A stretch of DNA of 38,194 nucleotides, from IMG/VR virus record IMGVR_UViG_2925914267_000004. One strand, written 5' to 3'. Origin of the DNA: a virus. Its lineage: Duplodnaviria > Heunggongvirae > Uroviricota > Caudoviricetes. Under the pieces are notes generated by a model that was given only the letters and a program-made list of their open reading frames with translations, was not told the DNA's origin and searched no databases. The position numbers and the translations under genes were made by a program. Numbering within the stretch: the stretch's first letter is position 1; every line of letters begins with the position of its first letter. This document shows, piece by piece, positions 18,856-28,488 of this stretch.

Positions 18856-19244
18856 GCAACACATTTAAATTCAGCAACCGGAGCGAAAAGAATTTGCAGG
18901 GTGTAAATCCTGATCTGGTGAAAGTGACCCGACGGGCACTGGAAATTTCGGAAGTGGATTTTGGTATCACTGAAGGGTTGCGCAGCCGTTACCGCCAGAA
19001 GCAACTTGTGGCCACAGGTAAGAGCCAGACCATGAACAGCCGCCACCTTACGGGACATGCCGTGGATGTTGTGGCTTATATCGGCAGCCAGGTGTCATGG
19101 GAATGGCCGCTGTACGAAAAAATCGCAGCAGCATTCAGACAGGCCAGCCGGGAACTGAATATTCCGGTGGAATGGGGCGGCGACTGGAAGACCCTGAAAG
19201 ACGGACCGCATTTTCAGTTACCACACGGAGCCTATCCGGCATGA
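18852..19244 (+). CDS. Endolysin, zinc peptidase M15-type (L-Ala-D-Glu / VanY-like)
   Basis: 130-aa ORF with SRHLTGHAVDV ... DGPHFQL zinc-binding pattern typical of M15 peptidoglycan peptidases; follows the holin. Confidence 0.75.
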   Translation: MSNTFKFSNRSEKNLQGVNPDLVKVTRRALEISEVDFGITEGLRSRYRQKQLVATGKSQTMNSRHLTGHAVDVVAYIGSQVSWEWPLYEKIAAAFRQASRELNIPVEWGGDWKTLKDGPHFQLPHGAYPA

Positions 19245-19648
19245 AGCTCTGGCCCACGCTGGGTGTCGCTTTCCTTCTGATTGCCGCATGGGGAACATCC
19301 ATGCGTCTGTCATGGTCGCTTGGCCGGGAGAACGCCAGAAACGAAGCACAGGCCAGCACCCTGAAAAGTACCGTCGACACCCTGAATATCATCAGCACCG
19401 GGGTACAGGATATGCAGCAGGTGCTGGCGCAACTCCGCGTGGAAAATCAACAGAGAAATCAGGACGGAGAGGCCAGACGTGAACAGCTACGCAACGATAT
19501 TGCAAAAGATGAATGCGCCCTCGCTTTGCCTGACGCTCGTTTTACTGACAGGTTGCGCAGGCACGCAGAACGCGCCACTGCCAGTGCCGTCAGTCCGGCT
19601 TATACCGCAGACGCTGACCATACCGGTAATGCCTCCCCCCTTCCCTGA
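19241..19648 (+). CDS. lysB: i-spanin (LysB/Rz-like)
   Basis: ATG at 19241 within track ORF 19097..19648; N-terminal TM helix MKLWPTLGVAFLLIAAWG then coiled-coil region. Confidence 0.65.
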   Translation: MKLWPTLGVAFLLIAAWGTSMRLSWSLGRENARNEAQASTLKSTVDTLNIISTGVQDMQQVLAQLRVENQQRNQDGEARREQLRNDIAKDECALALPDARFTDRLRRHAERATASAVSPAYTADADHTGNASPLP

Positions 19649-19799
19649 TACTCCCACATGGGGAAATCTCGGTATATGGGGCGACCGCCTTCTGGATGCA
19701 CTGGAAACCTGTAACGCGGATAAACGGGCCATTGAATTACTGGAACAGCGCAGGCTGCAACGACTGAACAACGAGGATAACAACCATGCTGAAAACTGA
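19509..19799 (+). CDS. lysC: o-spanin lipoprotein (LysC/Rz1-like), overlapping lysB in another frame
   Basis: Lipobox LVLLTGC after a signal peptide (MNAPSLCLTLVLLTGCAG), proline-rich; start is embedded in lysB. Confidence 0.6.
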   Translation: MNAPSLCLTLVLLTGCAGTQNAPLPVPSVRLIPQTLTIPVMPPPFPDTPTWGNLGIWGDRLLDALETCNADKRAIELLEQRRLQRLNNEDNNHAEN

Positions 19800-20253
19800 T
19801 TCCCTGCGTGAAGCCATGACCCGTTCATGCCGATGGTGTCAGGCTAACCCGGAAAAATTCACCATTTTCGTGGAGAGCGGCAACATTGAAACAACCGGAG
19901 AAACGCCCTCGTTTGTTTACCGCTATCAAATGGTGATGTTTGTCATGGATTACGCCGGAGAGCTGGACGACCTCACGCTGCCGCTGCTGGCGTGGTTATC
20001 CGAAAATCAGCCACAGTTGTTGCTCAACCCTGAGCGTAATCAGGACATCAAATTTTCCGCCGTTATCAATGACGATGACAGCGCCGATCTCCTGTTTACG
20101 CTCCCCCTGCGGGAACGCGTTCGCATCACGCGCAGCAGTCAGGGCACACCGCAGGCAGAACACCTGCCGGAGCCAGAACCCCGCCTGCCATCTTCCGAAG
20201 GCGACTGGTCGCATGTATTCCAGGATGTGACGAGGGGTGAAAGCGATGGATAA
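19786..20253 (+). CDS. R: Tail completion protein R (P2 gpR-like)
   Basis: 155-aa ORF in the canonical position after the lysis cassette. Confidence 0.8.
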   Translation: MLKTDSLREAMTRSCRWCQANPEKFTIFVESGNIETTGETPSFVYRYQMVMFVMDYAGELDDLTLPLLAWLSENQPQLLLNPERNQDIKFSAVINDDDSADLLFTLPLRERVRITRSSQGTPQAEHLPEPEPRLPSSEGDWSHVFQDVTRGESDG

Positions 20254-20881
20254 GGCATTCACCCGCGTGGATGAAACCTTTGAGGCCATCCGCGACAGCC
20301 TGAATCAGCAGGCCATCAATAACATCGCCAGAAAGCTGGCACAGGATTTACGCCGCGCCCAGCAGGCGCGTATCCGGTCACAGAAAGCGCCGGACGGGAC
20401 CGCGTGGACACCACGCAGACGCCGCGTAACCCGGATACAGGAACGCATTCGCTTTATCTGGAATAACGAAGCACGCACGCTGAAAAACTGGCATCACGAC
20501 ACGGGGAAATACGGGCGAACCATTACCGGGTGGGATGAGGATAAAAACAATATCCGCACGTTTTACCGGGATGACATCGACCGTTTTCTGGAAATACGCA
20601 CCAGGCGCATCAACCAGGACAGCACAAAGCGCGTCCCCATGTTCGTAAAACTGCGCACCGCCCGCTACCTGAAAGCCCGTGCAGATGCTTCCGGTGTGAC
20701 GGTGGGTTACAGCGGCGTGGCCGCACGTATTGCCCGCGTTCATCAGTTCGGTGAGCGCGATCAGGTTGCGCCGGGCATTTTCACCGATTACCCGGTACGT
20801 GAGCTGCTGGGCATCAGTCAGGCAGATGAGCGCCTGATTTATAACACGGTGCTGGGCCGGATTGCGGAGGCTGTACGGTGA
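20246..20881 (+). CDS. S: Tail completion / virion morphogenesis protein S (P2 gpS-like)
   Basis: ATG at 20246 (track starts at GTG 20237), overlapping the R stop. Confidence 0.75.
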   Translation: MDKAFTRVDETFEAIRDSLNQQAINNIARKLAQDLRRAQQARIRSQKAPDGTAWTPRRRRVTRIQERIRFIWNNEARTLKNWHHDTGKYGRTITGWDEDKNNIRTFYRDDIDRFLEIRTRRINQDSTKRVPMFVKLRTARYLKARADASGVTVGYSGVAARIARVHQFGERDQVAPGIFTDYPVRELLGISQADERLIYNTVLGRIAEAVR

Positions 20882-21459
20882 GCGCAGAACTCATGCGACT
20901 GCTGAGCAACATCATCCGCACCGGGATCATCTCTGAAGTTGATGAGAAGTCCTGGCGCGTGCGCGTTCGCAGCGGCGAACTGGAAACAGGCTGGTTGCGC
21001 TGGAACACCACGCGCGCGGGAGCCTTCAATGTGTGGCTGCCGCCATCACCAGGCGAACAGGTGGTAATTGCCTGCATTGGCGGCAACCCGGAAACCGCCA
21101 TGATAATTGGCAGTCTGTGGAGTGATGCCAGTCCGGCCCCCGGCAAAAGCCTGAAAGAAATCGTGGTCAGCGCGCCGGATGGCGCGGTGTTCCGCTACGA
21201 CGCAGACGCAGGCGCACTGAGCGCCAGCGGCATGAAAACAGCCACCCTGCAGGCATCCGTCAGCGTGACACTGGACACGCCCGTCGTGGAATGCACAGAC
21301 CTTCTGAGAACGGCGACGCTTGACGTCACAAAAGGGGGAAAGATGAGCGGCAATATCACGCACAGCGGCGGCAATTTCACCTCAAACGGCATCACAGTGC
21401 ATACGCATAAGCACGGTGGCGTTAAAGGTGGCAGCGATTCGACAGGAGGCCCGCAGTGA
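20878..21459 (+). CDS. V: Baseplate spike protein V (P2 gpV-like)
   Basis: 193-aa ORF with a glycine-rich C-terminus ending HTHKHGGVKGGSDSTGGPQ; GTG start overlapping the S stop. Confidence 0.85.
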   Translation: MSAELMRLLSNIIRTGIISEVDEKSWRVRVRSGELETGWLRWNTTRAGAFNVWLPPSPGEQVVIACIGGNPETAMIIGSLWSDASPAPGKSLKEIVVSAPDGAVFRYDADAGALSASGMKTATLQASVSVTLDTPVVECTDLLRTATLDVTKGGKMSGNITHSGGNFTSNGITVHTHKHGGVKGGSDSTGGPQ

Positions 21460-21806
21460 CAACCCGCTACACAGGAATGAACCCGGACGGGACGGGAAAC
21501 CTGAACGATATGGAGCACCTGAAACAGTCAGTCAGGGATATCCTGACCACCCCGCTGGCAAGCCGGGTTATGCGACGGGAATATGGCAGCCTTTTGCCTG
21601 ATTTGATTGACGAACCCATGAATAACACTACGCGTCTGCAATGCATGAGTGCTGCCGTGATTGCACTGACACGATGGGAACCCCGCATTGCCCTGGACGC
21701 CATCGACGTTGTCTGGAAGGCAGGAGGCCGCGCCGGGGTGACGCTGTCGGGCACTGTCATGCAGACCATGCAGAATGTTGAATTAACCATCACGCTGAGG
21801 GAGTAA
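21456..21806 (+). CDS. W: Baseplate protein W (GPW/gp25-like)
   Basis: GTG start gives MTTRYTGMN, matching the P2 W N-terminus MTARYLGMN; 116 aa. Confidence 0.85.
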   Translation: MTTRYTGMNPDGTGNLNDMEHLKQSVRDILTTPLASRVMRREYGSLLPDLIDEPMNNTTRLQCMSAAVIALTRWEPRIALDAIDVVWKAGGRAGVTLSGTVMQTMQNVELTITLRE

Positions 21807-21809
21807 ATC

Positions 21810-22706
21810 ATGCCCGCCGTTGACCTTTCCCAGTTACCGGAACCCGCCATCATCGCGGAGCCTGACTTTGAAGCAATTCTGGCTGACACAAAAGCCATGA
21901 TGATTGCGTCCTATCCCGCCGAACAGCGTGAAGCCGTTTCCGCCGCGCTGGAGCTGGAATCGGAACCCCTTAACGTTATCGCCCAGACAACAGCGTTTCG
22001 TGAAATGCTGTTACGCCAGCGGGTCAATGAGGGTGCACGCGCCTGCATGTTAAGCCACAGCGCCGGGACAGACCTGGACAACCTCGCGGGCAATATGAAC
22101 ACAAAGCGCCTGGTTATCACTCCGGCAGCGGATACCACCGACGCGGTGATGGAGAGCGACACCTCGCTGAGACTGCGGGCGCAGCGGGCGTACGACGGCC
22201 TGAGTGTTGCTGGCCCGTCAGGTGCATACGAGTATTTTGCCCGCAGCGCCAGCGGTCTGGTGCGTGATGCGCGGGCTATCAGTCCGTCTCCGGCCAATGT
22301 GACGGTTTCCATCCTGTCCACTGAAGGCGACGGCACAGCAACGGAGGCGTTGCTTAATACCGTTCGCGCCGTTCTGAATGCAGAGGATACCCGCCCGGTG
22401 GCCGACCGCCTGACCGTACAGAGCGCCAGAATCGTGACATGGCGGCTGAATGCAAAACTGTACTTTTACCCCGGCCCGGAATCCGAACCTATTCTGGCCG
22501 CGGCTGAATCGTCGTTCAGGAAGTGGCTGGCTGAGCAGGGGCTTATCGGTCAGGACGTGGCGCTGTCAGCCATTGCTGCCGCACTGCATGTGCACGGTGT
22601 GCAACGCGTGGAGATAATCGAACCCACACAGAATATGGCCATCAGCGACATACAGGCGGCGCGCTGTGAGTCATTCACCATCAGCGAAGGTGGGCGCAAT
22701 GAGTAA
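21810..22706 (+). CDS. J: Baseplate protein J (P2 gpJ-like)
   Basis: 298-aa ORF; MPAVDLSQLPEP parallels the P2 J N-terminus. Confidence 0.88.
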   Translation: MPAVDLSQLPEPAIIAEPDFEAILADTKAMMIASYPAEQREAVSAALELESEPLNVIAQTTAFREMLLRQRVNEGARACMLSHSAGTDLDNLAGNMNTKRLVITPAADTTDAVMESDTSLRLRAQRAYDGLSVAGPSGAYEYFARSASGLVRDARAISPSPANVTVSILSTEGDGTATEALLNTVRAVLNAEDTRPVADRLTVQSARIVTWRLNAKLYFYPGPESEPILAAAESSFRKWLAEQGLIGQDVALSAIAAALHVHGVQRVEIIEPTQNMAISDIQAARCESFTISEGGRNE

Positions 22707-23229
22707 TTCACTGTTACCGCCATCAGCCAGCAATTTCATGCGTTGTGCCGAAGCCATCGGAGCGCGCATTACAGACATCCCGGTAGACCTCAACACGCTG
22801 TGGTCGCCGGACACCTGCCCGGTGCATCTGCTGCCTTATCTCGCCTGGGCATTTTCCGTTGACCGCTGGGATCGCAACTGGCCGGAAGAGACAAAGCGAC
22901 AGGTGATTCGTGATGCATGGCTGATACACCGACACAAAGGGACCATCAGCGCACTGCGCCGGGCCATTGAGCCGCTGGGATACCTCATTCGCGTGTCTGA
23001 GTGGTGGGAGTTCGGCGGAGAACCGGGAACATTTACCGTTGAAGTCGGCACACTGGACAGTGGCGTGACGGAGGAAATGTATCTGGAAATGGAGCGGTTG
23101 ATTGCTGATGCCCGCCCGGCCAGCCGCCACATGACAGGGCTGAATATCATTCAGGAGATCCCGGGGGATATTTTCGCGGCGGCAGCAACTTACGACGGTG
23201 AAGTCATTACCATTTATCCGGACGATTAA
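22699..23229 (+). CDS. I: Baseplate protein I (P2 gpI-like)
   Basis: ATG at 22699 within track ORF 22666..23229, overlapping the J stop. Confidence 0.85.
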   Translation: MSNSLLPPSASNFMRCAEAIGARITDIPVDLNTLWSPDTCPVHLLPYLAWAFSVDRWDRNWPEETKRQVIRDAWLIHRHKGTISALRRAIEPLGYLIRVSEWWEFGGEPGTFTVEVGTLDSGVTEEMYLEMERLIADARPASRHMTGLNIIQEIPGDIFAAAATYDGEVITIYPDD

Positions 23230-23231
23230 GC

Positions 23232-25334
23232 ATGAGTACCACAACACGAAAATTTAAAACCGTTATCACCGATACGGGTGCAAAAAAATTAGCTCAGGCA
23301 GCCGCGCCAGATGGTAAGCCTGTCCGCCTGACTCATATGGCCGTGGGCGACGGTGGCGGCACGTTGCCCACACCAGACAGTAAGCAGACCCGTCTGGTGC
23401 ATGAGGTGTGGCGACACACTGTTAATCGCGTCATCCTGGACGCAACACATCAGAACCGCATTATTGCGGAGCTGGTTATTCCTCCTGAAACGGGCGGATT
23501 CTGGATCCGGGAAATTGGTGTATTTGATGAGCACGGCGATTTGATCGCGGTGGGCAATACTGCGGAAAGTTACAAGCCAGCCGTTGCCGAAGGATCCGGA
23601 CGTGCACAAACATTTCGCACCATTCTGACCGTATCCAGCACTGCCACCGTGGCGCTTACCGTGGATAACACCATGGTGATGGCCACAGTGGATTACGTGA
23701 ATGACAAACTGAAAGAACATGAACAGTCACGACGTCACCCGGACGCCTCGCTGACCGCAAAAGGCTTTGTTCAACTCAGTAGCGCCACTAACAGCACGTC
23801 TGAAACGCAGGCTGCAACGCCGAAAGCAGTAAAAGCCGCGTATGACCTGGCTAACGCAAAATATACCGCTCAGGACGCCACGACGGCACGAAAAGGGATA
23901 GTCCAGCTCAGTAGTGCCACCAACAGCACGTCTGAAACGCTGGCCGCGACACCGAAAGCGGTTAAGGTGGTAATGGATGAAACGAACAAGAAAGCGCCCT
24001 TAAACAGCCCGGCGCTGACCGGAACGCCAACAACACCAACTGCGCGACAGGGAACGAATAATACCCAAATCGCAAGCACGGCTTATGTGATGGCCGCGAT
24101 TGCCGCACTTGTAGACTCGTCGCCTGACGCACTGAATACGTTGAACGAGTTAGCGGCGGCGCTGGGCAACGACCCGAATTTTGCGACCACCATGACTAAC
24201 GCGCTTGCGGGTAAGCAACCGAAAGATGCCACCCTGACGGCGCTGGCCGGGCTTGCTACTGCAGCAGACAGGTTTCCGTATTTTACGGGGAATGATGTTG
24301 CCAGCCTGGCAACCCTGACAAAAGTCGGGCGGGATATTCTTGCAAAATCGACCATTGCCGCCGTTATCGAATACCTCGGTTTACAGGAAACGGTAAATCA
24401 GGCTTCTGGAGCATTACAAAAAAACCAGAACGGCGCAGATATTCCGGGAAAAGATACCTTCACCAAAAATATTGGGGCCTGCCGCGCATATAGTGCAGGG
24501 CTGAATATTGGTGGCGATAGTCAGGCCTGGACAACCGCACAATTCATTTCGTGGCTGGAGAGTCAGGGGGCATTTAACCATCCTTACTGGATGTGCAAAG
24601 GCTCATGGGCTTATGCAAATAATAAGGTCATTACAGATACAGGTTGCGGAAATATTTGTCTTGCAGGTGCTGTGGTGGAAGTTATTGGCACTCGCGGCGT
24701 AATGACCATACGCGTTACCACGCCGAGTACGTCCAGCGGCGGCGGAATCACTAACGCTCAATTCACTTATATTAATCATGGTGATGCTTATGCTCCTGGC
24801 TGGCGACGAGACTACAACACGAAAAATCAACAACCTGCATTTGCTTTAGGGCAAACAGGAAGCACTGTCGGAAATGATAAAGCTGTTGGCTGGAACTGGA
24901 ATAGCGGGGTCTATAACGCAAGCATTGGTGGCGCAACAGCATTAATCCTCCACTTCAATATGAATACGGGGAGTTGCCCTGCCGTACAGTTCCGCGTGAA
25001 TTACAGGAATGGCGGTATTTTTTATCGTTCAGCGCGTGATGGTTATGGATTTGAGGCTGACTGGTCAGAGTTTTACACCACGACCCGCAAACCCTCTGCG
25101 GGAGATGTTGGTGCATACACGCAGGCAGAATGTAACTCAAGGTTTATTACAGGTATTCGCCTTGGCGGTCTGTCATCTGTTCAGACATGGAATGGTCCCG
25201 GCTGGTCTGACAGGTCAGGTTATGTCGTTACGGGTTCAGTTAACGGAAACCGTGATGCATTAATTGATATAGCTCAGGCAAGGCCAATTCAGTATTGCAT
25301 TAATGGGACGTGGTATAACGCGGGGAGTATTTAA
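23232..25334 (+). CDS. H: Tail fibre protein H (conserved N-terminal part plus invertible C-terminal part)
   Basis: 700-aa ORF; N-terminus [25 protein letters not shown] is characteristic of P2-type tail fibres. The hix-like crossover site lies in-frame at 24364-24389, encoding IEYLGLQE. Confidence 0.88.
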   Translation: MSTTTRKFKTVITDTGAKKLAQAAAPDGKPVRLTHMAVGDGGGTLPTPDSKQTRLVHEVWRHTVNRVILDATHQNRIIAELVIPPETGGFWIREIGVFDEHGDLIAVGNTAESYKPAVAEGSGRAQTFRTILTVSSTATVALTVDNTMVMATVDYVNDKLKEHEQSRRHPDASLTAKGFVQLSSATNSTSETQAATPKAVKAAYDLANAKYTAQDATTARKGIVQLSSATNSTSETLAATPKAVKVVMDETNKKAPLNSPALTGTPTTPTARQGTNNTQIASTAYVMAAIAALVDSSPDALNTLNELAAALGNDPNFATTMTNALAGKQPKDATLTALAGLATAADRFPYFTGNDVASLATLTKVGRDILAKSTIAAVIEYLGLQETVNQASGALQKNQNGADIPGKDTFTKNIGACRAYSAGLNIGGDSQAWTTAQFISWLESQGAFNHPYWMCKGSWAYANNKVITDTGCGNICLAGAVVEVIGTRGVMTIRVTTPSTSSGGGITNAQFTYINHGDAYAPGWRRDYNTKNQQPAFALGQTGSTVGNDKAVGWNWNSGVYNASIGGATALILHFNMNTGSCPAVQFRVNYRNGGIFYRSARDGYGFEADWSEFYTTTRKPSAGDVGAYTQAECNSRFITGIRLGGLSSVQTWNGPGWSDRSGYVVTGSVNGNRDALIDIAQARPIQYCINGTWYNAGSI
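23762..23990 (+). repeat. Tandem coding repeat in tail fibre H
   Basis: Two copies of a unit encoding [13 protein letters not shown](Q/L)AATPKAVK, about 132 bp apart. Confidence 0.6.
24364..24389. other. Hin/Gin-type inversion crossover site (left), inside H
   Basis: TTATCGAATACCTCGGTTTACAGGAA is the inverted counterpart of the site at 28409-28434 (reverse complement TTATCTAAAACCTCGGTTTACAGGAA), differing at 2 of 26 positions. Confidence 0.65.
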
Positions 25335-25336
25335 TT

Positions 25337-25501
25337 ATGATGCACTTAAAAAATGTTACTGCTGGCAACCCTAAAACAAAAGAGCAATACCAGCTAACGA
25401 AACAATTTAACATCAAATGGCTTTATACAGAGGATGGGAAAAACTGGTATGAGGAACAAAAGAACTTTCAGCCTGATACGTTGAAAATGGTCTATGACCA
25501 T
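25337..25501 (+). pseudogene. G: Tail fibre assembly chaperone G, 5' fragment (interrupted by IS)
   Basis: [55 protein letters not shown] closely parallels the P2 G N-terminus; the reading frame runs into a TGA that is the first triplet of the IS. Confidence 0.75.
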
Positions 25502-25565
25502 TGAGGTAGCCTGAGTTTAACGGACACTCCTTCCTGAAATAGAATGGCATCAGAAGGAGCTAATA

Positions 25566-25868
25566 ATGAGCAGAAAAACCCAACGTTACTCTAAAGAGTT
25601 CAAAGCCGAAGCTGTCAGAACGGTTCTTGAAAATCAACTTTCGATCAGTGAAGGCGCTTCCCGATTATCTCTTCCTGAAGGCACTTTAGGGCAATGGGTT
25701 ACCGCCGCCAGAAAAGGGCTCGGTACTCCTGGTTCCCGCACGGTGGCTGAACTGGAATCTGAAATTCTGCAACTGCGTAAGGCGTTAAATGAAGCTCGCC
25801 TTGAGCGAGATATATTAAAAAAAGCAACAGCGTATTTTGCACAGGAGTCGCTGAAAAATACGCGTTAA
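25566..25868 (+). CDS. IS3-family transposase OrfA (HTH)
   Basis: 100-aa ORF MSRKTQRYSKEFKAEAVRTV... with leucine-zipper-like C-terminus and an A-run slippery motif (about 25815-25822) near its end. Confidence 0.85.
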   Translation: MSRKTQRYSKEFKAEAVRTVLENQLSISEGASRLSLPEGTLGQWVTAARKGLGTPGSRTVAELESEILQLRKALNEARLERDILKKATAYFAQESLKNTR

Positions 25869-25903
25869 TCGAACAATGGCGACAACAATTTCCCATTGAA
25901 GCG

Positions 25904-26722
25904 ATGTGTCAGGTATTTGGTGTATCCAGGAGCGGTTATTACAACTGGGTACAGCATGAACCCTCAGACAGAAAACAAAGTGATGAGCGGCTAAAACTGG
26001 AGATTAAGGTGGCACATATCCGCACTCGCGAAACATATGGAACCCGGCGGCTCCAGACGGAGCTGGCAGAGAATGGCATCATCGTTGGTCGTGACCGACT
26101 GGCACGTCTTCGTAAGGAGCTAAGGCTACGCTGTAAGCAGAAACGCAAGTTCAGAGCGACTACGAACTCGAACCACAATCTGCCAGTTGCGCCAAATCTG
26201 CTGAACCAGACGTTCGCTCCTACAGCACCAAATCAGGTCTGGGTGGCGGACCTGACGTATGTTGCCACACAGGAGGGATGGTTGTACCTCGCTGGCATCA
26301 AAGATGTTTATACGTGCGAAATTGTCGGCTACGCCATGGGAGAGCGCATGACAAAAGAGCTGACAGGTAAAGCCCTGTTTATGGCGCTCAGGAGCCAGCG
26401 CCCACCTGCCGGGCTAATCCACCACTCTGATCGAGGTTCACAGTACTGCGCATACGATTACCGGGTCATACAGGAGCAGTTTGGTCTGAAAACATCAATG
26501 TCGCGTAAAGGTAACTGTTACGACAACGCTCCGATGGAAAGCTTCTGGGGAACGCTGAAAAATGAGAGCCTGAGCCACTATCGTTTTAATAACCGGGATG
26601 AAGCCATCTCAGTAATACGGGAATACATTGAGATTTTCTACAATCGTCAGCGTCGTCACTCTCGTCTGGGGAATATCTCCCCGGCAGCCTTCAGGGAAAA
26701 ATATCATCAGATAGCTGCTTAA
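25904..26722 (+). CDS. IS3-family transposase OrfB (DDE catalytic domain)
   Basis: 272-aa ORF in the -1 frame relative to orfA, with the usual IS3 OrfAB frameshift layout. Confidence 0.85.
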   Translation: MCQVFGVSRSGYYNWVQHEPSDRKQSDERLKLEIKVAHIRTRETYGTRRLQTELAENGIIVGRDRLARLRKELRLRCKQKRKFRATTNSNHNLPVAPNLLNQTFAPTAPNQVWVADLTYVATQEGWLYLAGIKDVYTCEIVGYAMGERMTKELTGKALFMALRSQRPPAGLIHHSDRGSQYCAYDYRVIQEQFGLKTSMSRKGNCYDNAPMESFWGTLKNESLSHYRFNNRDEAISVIREYIEIFYNRQRRHSRLGNISPAAFREKYHQIAA

Positions 26723-26768
26723 AAAAAGAACAAATGGTAGTGTCCGCTATTGCCAGTACACCTCACAT

Positions 26769-27137
26769 AACGGCGTTATTATTTGTATTGAAAAGGATGT
26801 TTCAGCAATTAATCCGGAAGGCGCAAGCGTCGTTGAATTACCTGATATTACAGCAAATCGCCGTGCTGACATTTCGGGTAAATGGATGTTCAAAGATGGC
26901 GTAGTGGTAAAGCGAACTTATACCGAGGAGGAGCAAAGGCAACAAGCGGAAAATGAAAAGCAGAGCCTGCTGCAGCTCGTCAGGGATAAAACCCAGCTGT
27001 GGGACTCTCAGCTACAGCTGGGCGTCATTTCCGACGAGAATAAACAAAAATTAACCGAGTGGATGCTCTATGCGCAGAAAGTCGAATCCACAGACACCTC
27101 CAGCCTGCCGGTAACATTCCCCGAACAACCAGAATGA
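26769..27137 (+). pseudogene. G: Tail fibre assembly chaperone G, 3' fragment
   Basis: Reading frame NGVIICIEKDVSAINPEGASVVELPDITANRRADISGKWMFKDG... continues the P2 G alignment directly after the IS and its CAT duplication. Confidence 0.75.
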
Positions 27138-27263
27138 GAAAGGCCCGTTATCGGGCCTTAATTTTACTCAGGCTTTTGTGGTCATCCAGGCTTTTCCATA
27201 TCCACATGGCTGCGGAGAGCAAGGAAATACAAAATAACAAAAATGATAATAATTGTGATGACA

Positions 27264-27749
27264 TTATAGCGACGTTTTCACATCCTCTGCACTGCTCTCT
27301 TTGCCGCTTTGTCCGTCTGGAACAGCGGGCCACTCAATATCCGTCTCGGTTGATGTATCAATACGCATAAGTAGCACTCGATATTTTTTCCATTCAGCCA
27401 GCACAGTGATTTCTGCTTCTGTCGCCATCCCTGCGTCAACAGCATCCTGCCGCCAGGCAATTTCTGTGTTCGCAATCCCCGCTAAATCCTTTTTCTTCTG
27501 CTCTTTTAATGCGATTAACTGCTCTGTTGTTGGTTCTGATACATCAATCCATGCGGGGAAACCAGATTCATCACTGCCTCTCTTCTTTCCCTCTGGCGGT
27601 CTTCCCGTAAACTCTTCATACATATCGTTTGTGACTGCCACCAAATCGTCAGGCCATGCGCCTGATTTTTCATAGTCCGGTTTCATGGATTCAAAGAAAA
27701 ACGTATTATTCCTGGCACTATAGAATATTTTACTGGACATGATTAACAC
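27264..27749 (-). CDS. Alternative tail fibre assembly chaperone (Tfa, G') in the inverted cassette
   Basis: C-terminus AEWKKYRVLLMRIDTSTETDIEWPAVP matches the conserved Tfa C-terminal motif; intact 161-aa ORF. Confidence 0.75.
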   Translation of the reverse strand: MLIMSSKIFYSARNNTFFFESMKPDYEKSGAWPDDLVAVTNDMYEEFTGRPPEGKKRGSDESGFPAWIDVSEPTTEQLIALKEQKKKDLAGIANTEIAWRQDAVDAGMATEAEITVLAEWKKYRVLLMRIDTSTETDIEWPAVPDGQSGKESSAEDVKTSL

Positions 27750-28408
27750 CCCACACCAATACAGAAGAATGGTTTAGAAACAGCACCCCCAGACCTTTCC
27801 ATTAACGTGACCTGCATATCGCGATCATTTAATCTTTTAACACCCGCAATTGCACTTGCTATCGAGTCACCAGCAACATTACAGGCTAACAAACCAAAGC
27901 AACGAACAGGCCAGCCAACAGGAAACGGGGCAGGTGCCCAGCCACTGGCATCAGTATTCCCCCAACACCATTGAAAAATGATGCCATTTGGAAAACGTAC
28001 CCAACCAGCATCAGCCATCGCCTGGGTAAAATCACTGTTTTTTGTATATCCCTGAATGCTCCATCCATTCCGGGGAATTAACTGCCTGATATTTCCATCC
28101 AAAGTAAATGCAAGCAGACGACGGTCAGAAATATTGCCTGCCGGAGACAATGCAACGTCTATGTAGTTCGCGCCATTTTCCATTATTCCACAAATGAGAG
28201 ACGACATAATCGCACCGCCAAATGAAAAGTCGACTCCATTTGCACTCCCTGCAACCGTGCTCTTGTTTCTGATGTGAATACCAGAAAAGCCATTATCTTT
28301 TTCAATAAGTAATTCATTCCCAATTAACGAGAGAATGCCCTTGATAATCACATCACCGTTAACCACCCCGCCATATGTTGATAACGCTTCCGAAGCTAAT
28401 TTTACAGT
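27743..28408 (-). CDS. Alternative tail fibre C-terminal cassette (H'v), with no start of its own
   Basis: The minus-strand frame is open from the crossover site (LGLQETVKLASEALSTYGGVVNGDVIIKG...) and is followed by the overlapping Tfa gene; track ORF 27743..28366 is the start-codon-limited part. Confidence 0.65.
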   Translation of the reverse strand, partial: TVKLASEALSTYGGVVNGDVIIKGILSLIGNELLIEKDNGFSGIHIRNKSTVAGSANGVDFSFGGAIMSSLICGIMENGANYIDVALSPAGNISDRRLLAFTLDGNIRQLIPRNGWSIQGYTKNSDFTQAMADAGWVRFPNGIIFQWCWGNTDASGWAPAPFPVGWPVRCFGLLACNVAGDSIASAIAGVKRLNDRDMQVTLMERSGGAVSKPFFCIGVGC

Positions 28409-28434
28409 TTCCTGTAAACCGAGGTTTTAGATAA
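28409..28434. other. Hin/Gin-type inversion crossover site (right), just upstream of the invertase gene
   Basis: TTCCTGTAAACCGAGGTTTTAGATAA closely matches the gix/hix consensus and is inverted relative to the site inside H. Confidence 0.65.
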
Positions 28435-28488
28435 TGGTCGATTTTGGCACGCATGGCATGATTGGCGCTTTTAAACAGGAGATCCAGA

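Larger units (their letters stand above)
25502..26765 (+). mobile_element. IS3-family insertion sequence (possibly IS600-like), 1264 bp, with 3-bp CAT target duplication
   Basis: Begins TGAGGTAGCCTGAGTTTAACGGACAC and ends ...GTGTCCGCTATTGCCAGTACACCTCA (imperfect terminal inverted repeats, TGA...TCA ends); CAT at 25499-25501 and 26766-26768; contains orfA and orfB. Confidence 0.8.

Noticed and set aside
23762-23990. Possible CRISPR-like or non-coding repeat
   Set aside because: The repeats are in-frame coding repeats inside tail fibre H with no spacer/repeat array structure; no CRISPR array was seen anywhere in the window.
28462-28488. Upstream extension of the invertase ORF (MALLNRRSRV...)
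   Set aside because: Gin/Hin invertases begin MLIGYVRVS; the GTG at 28489 with an AGGAG SD reproduces that N-terminus.
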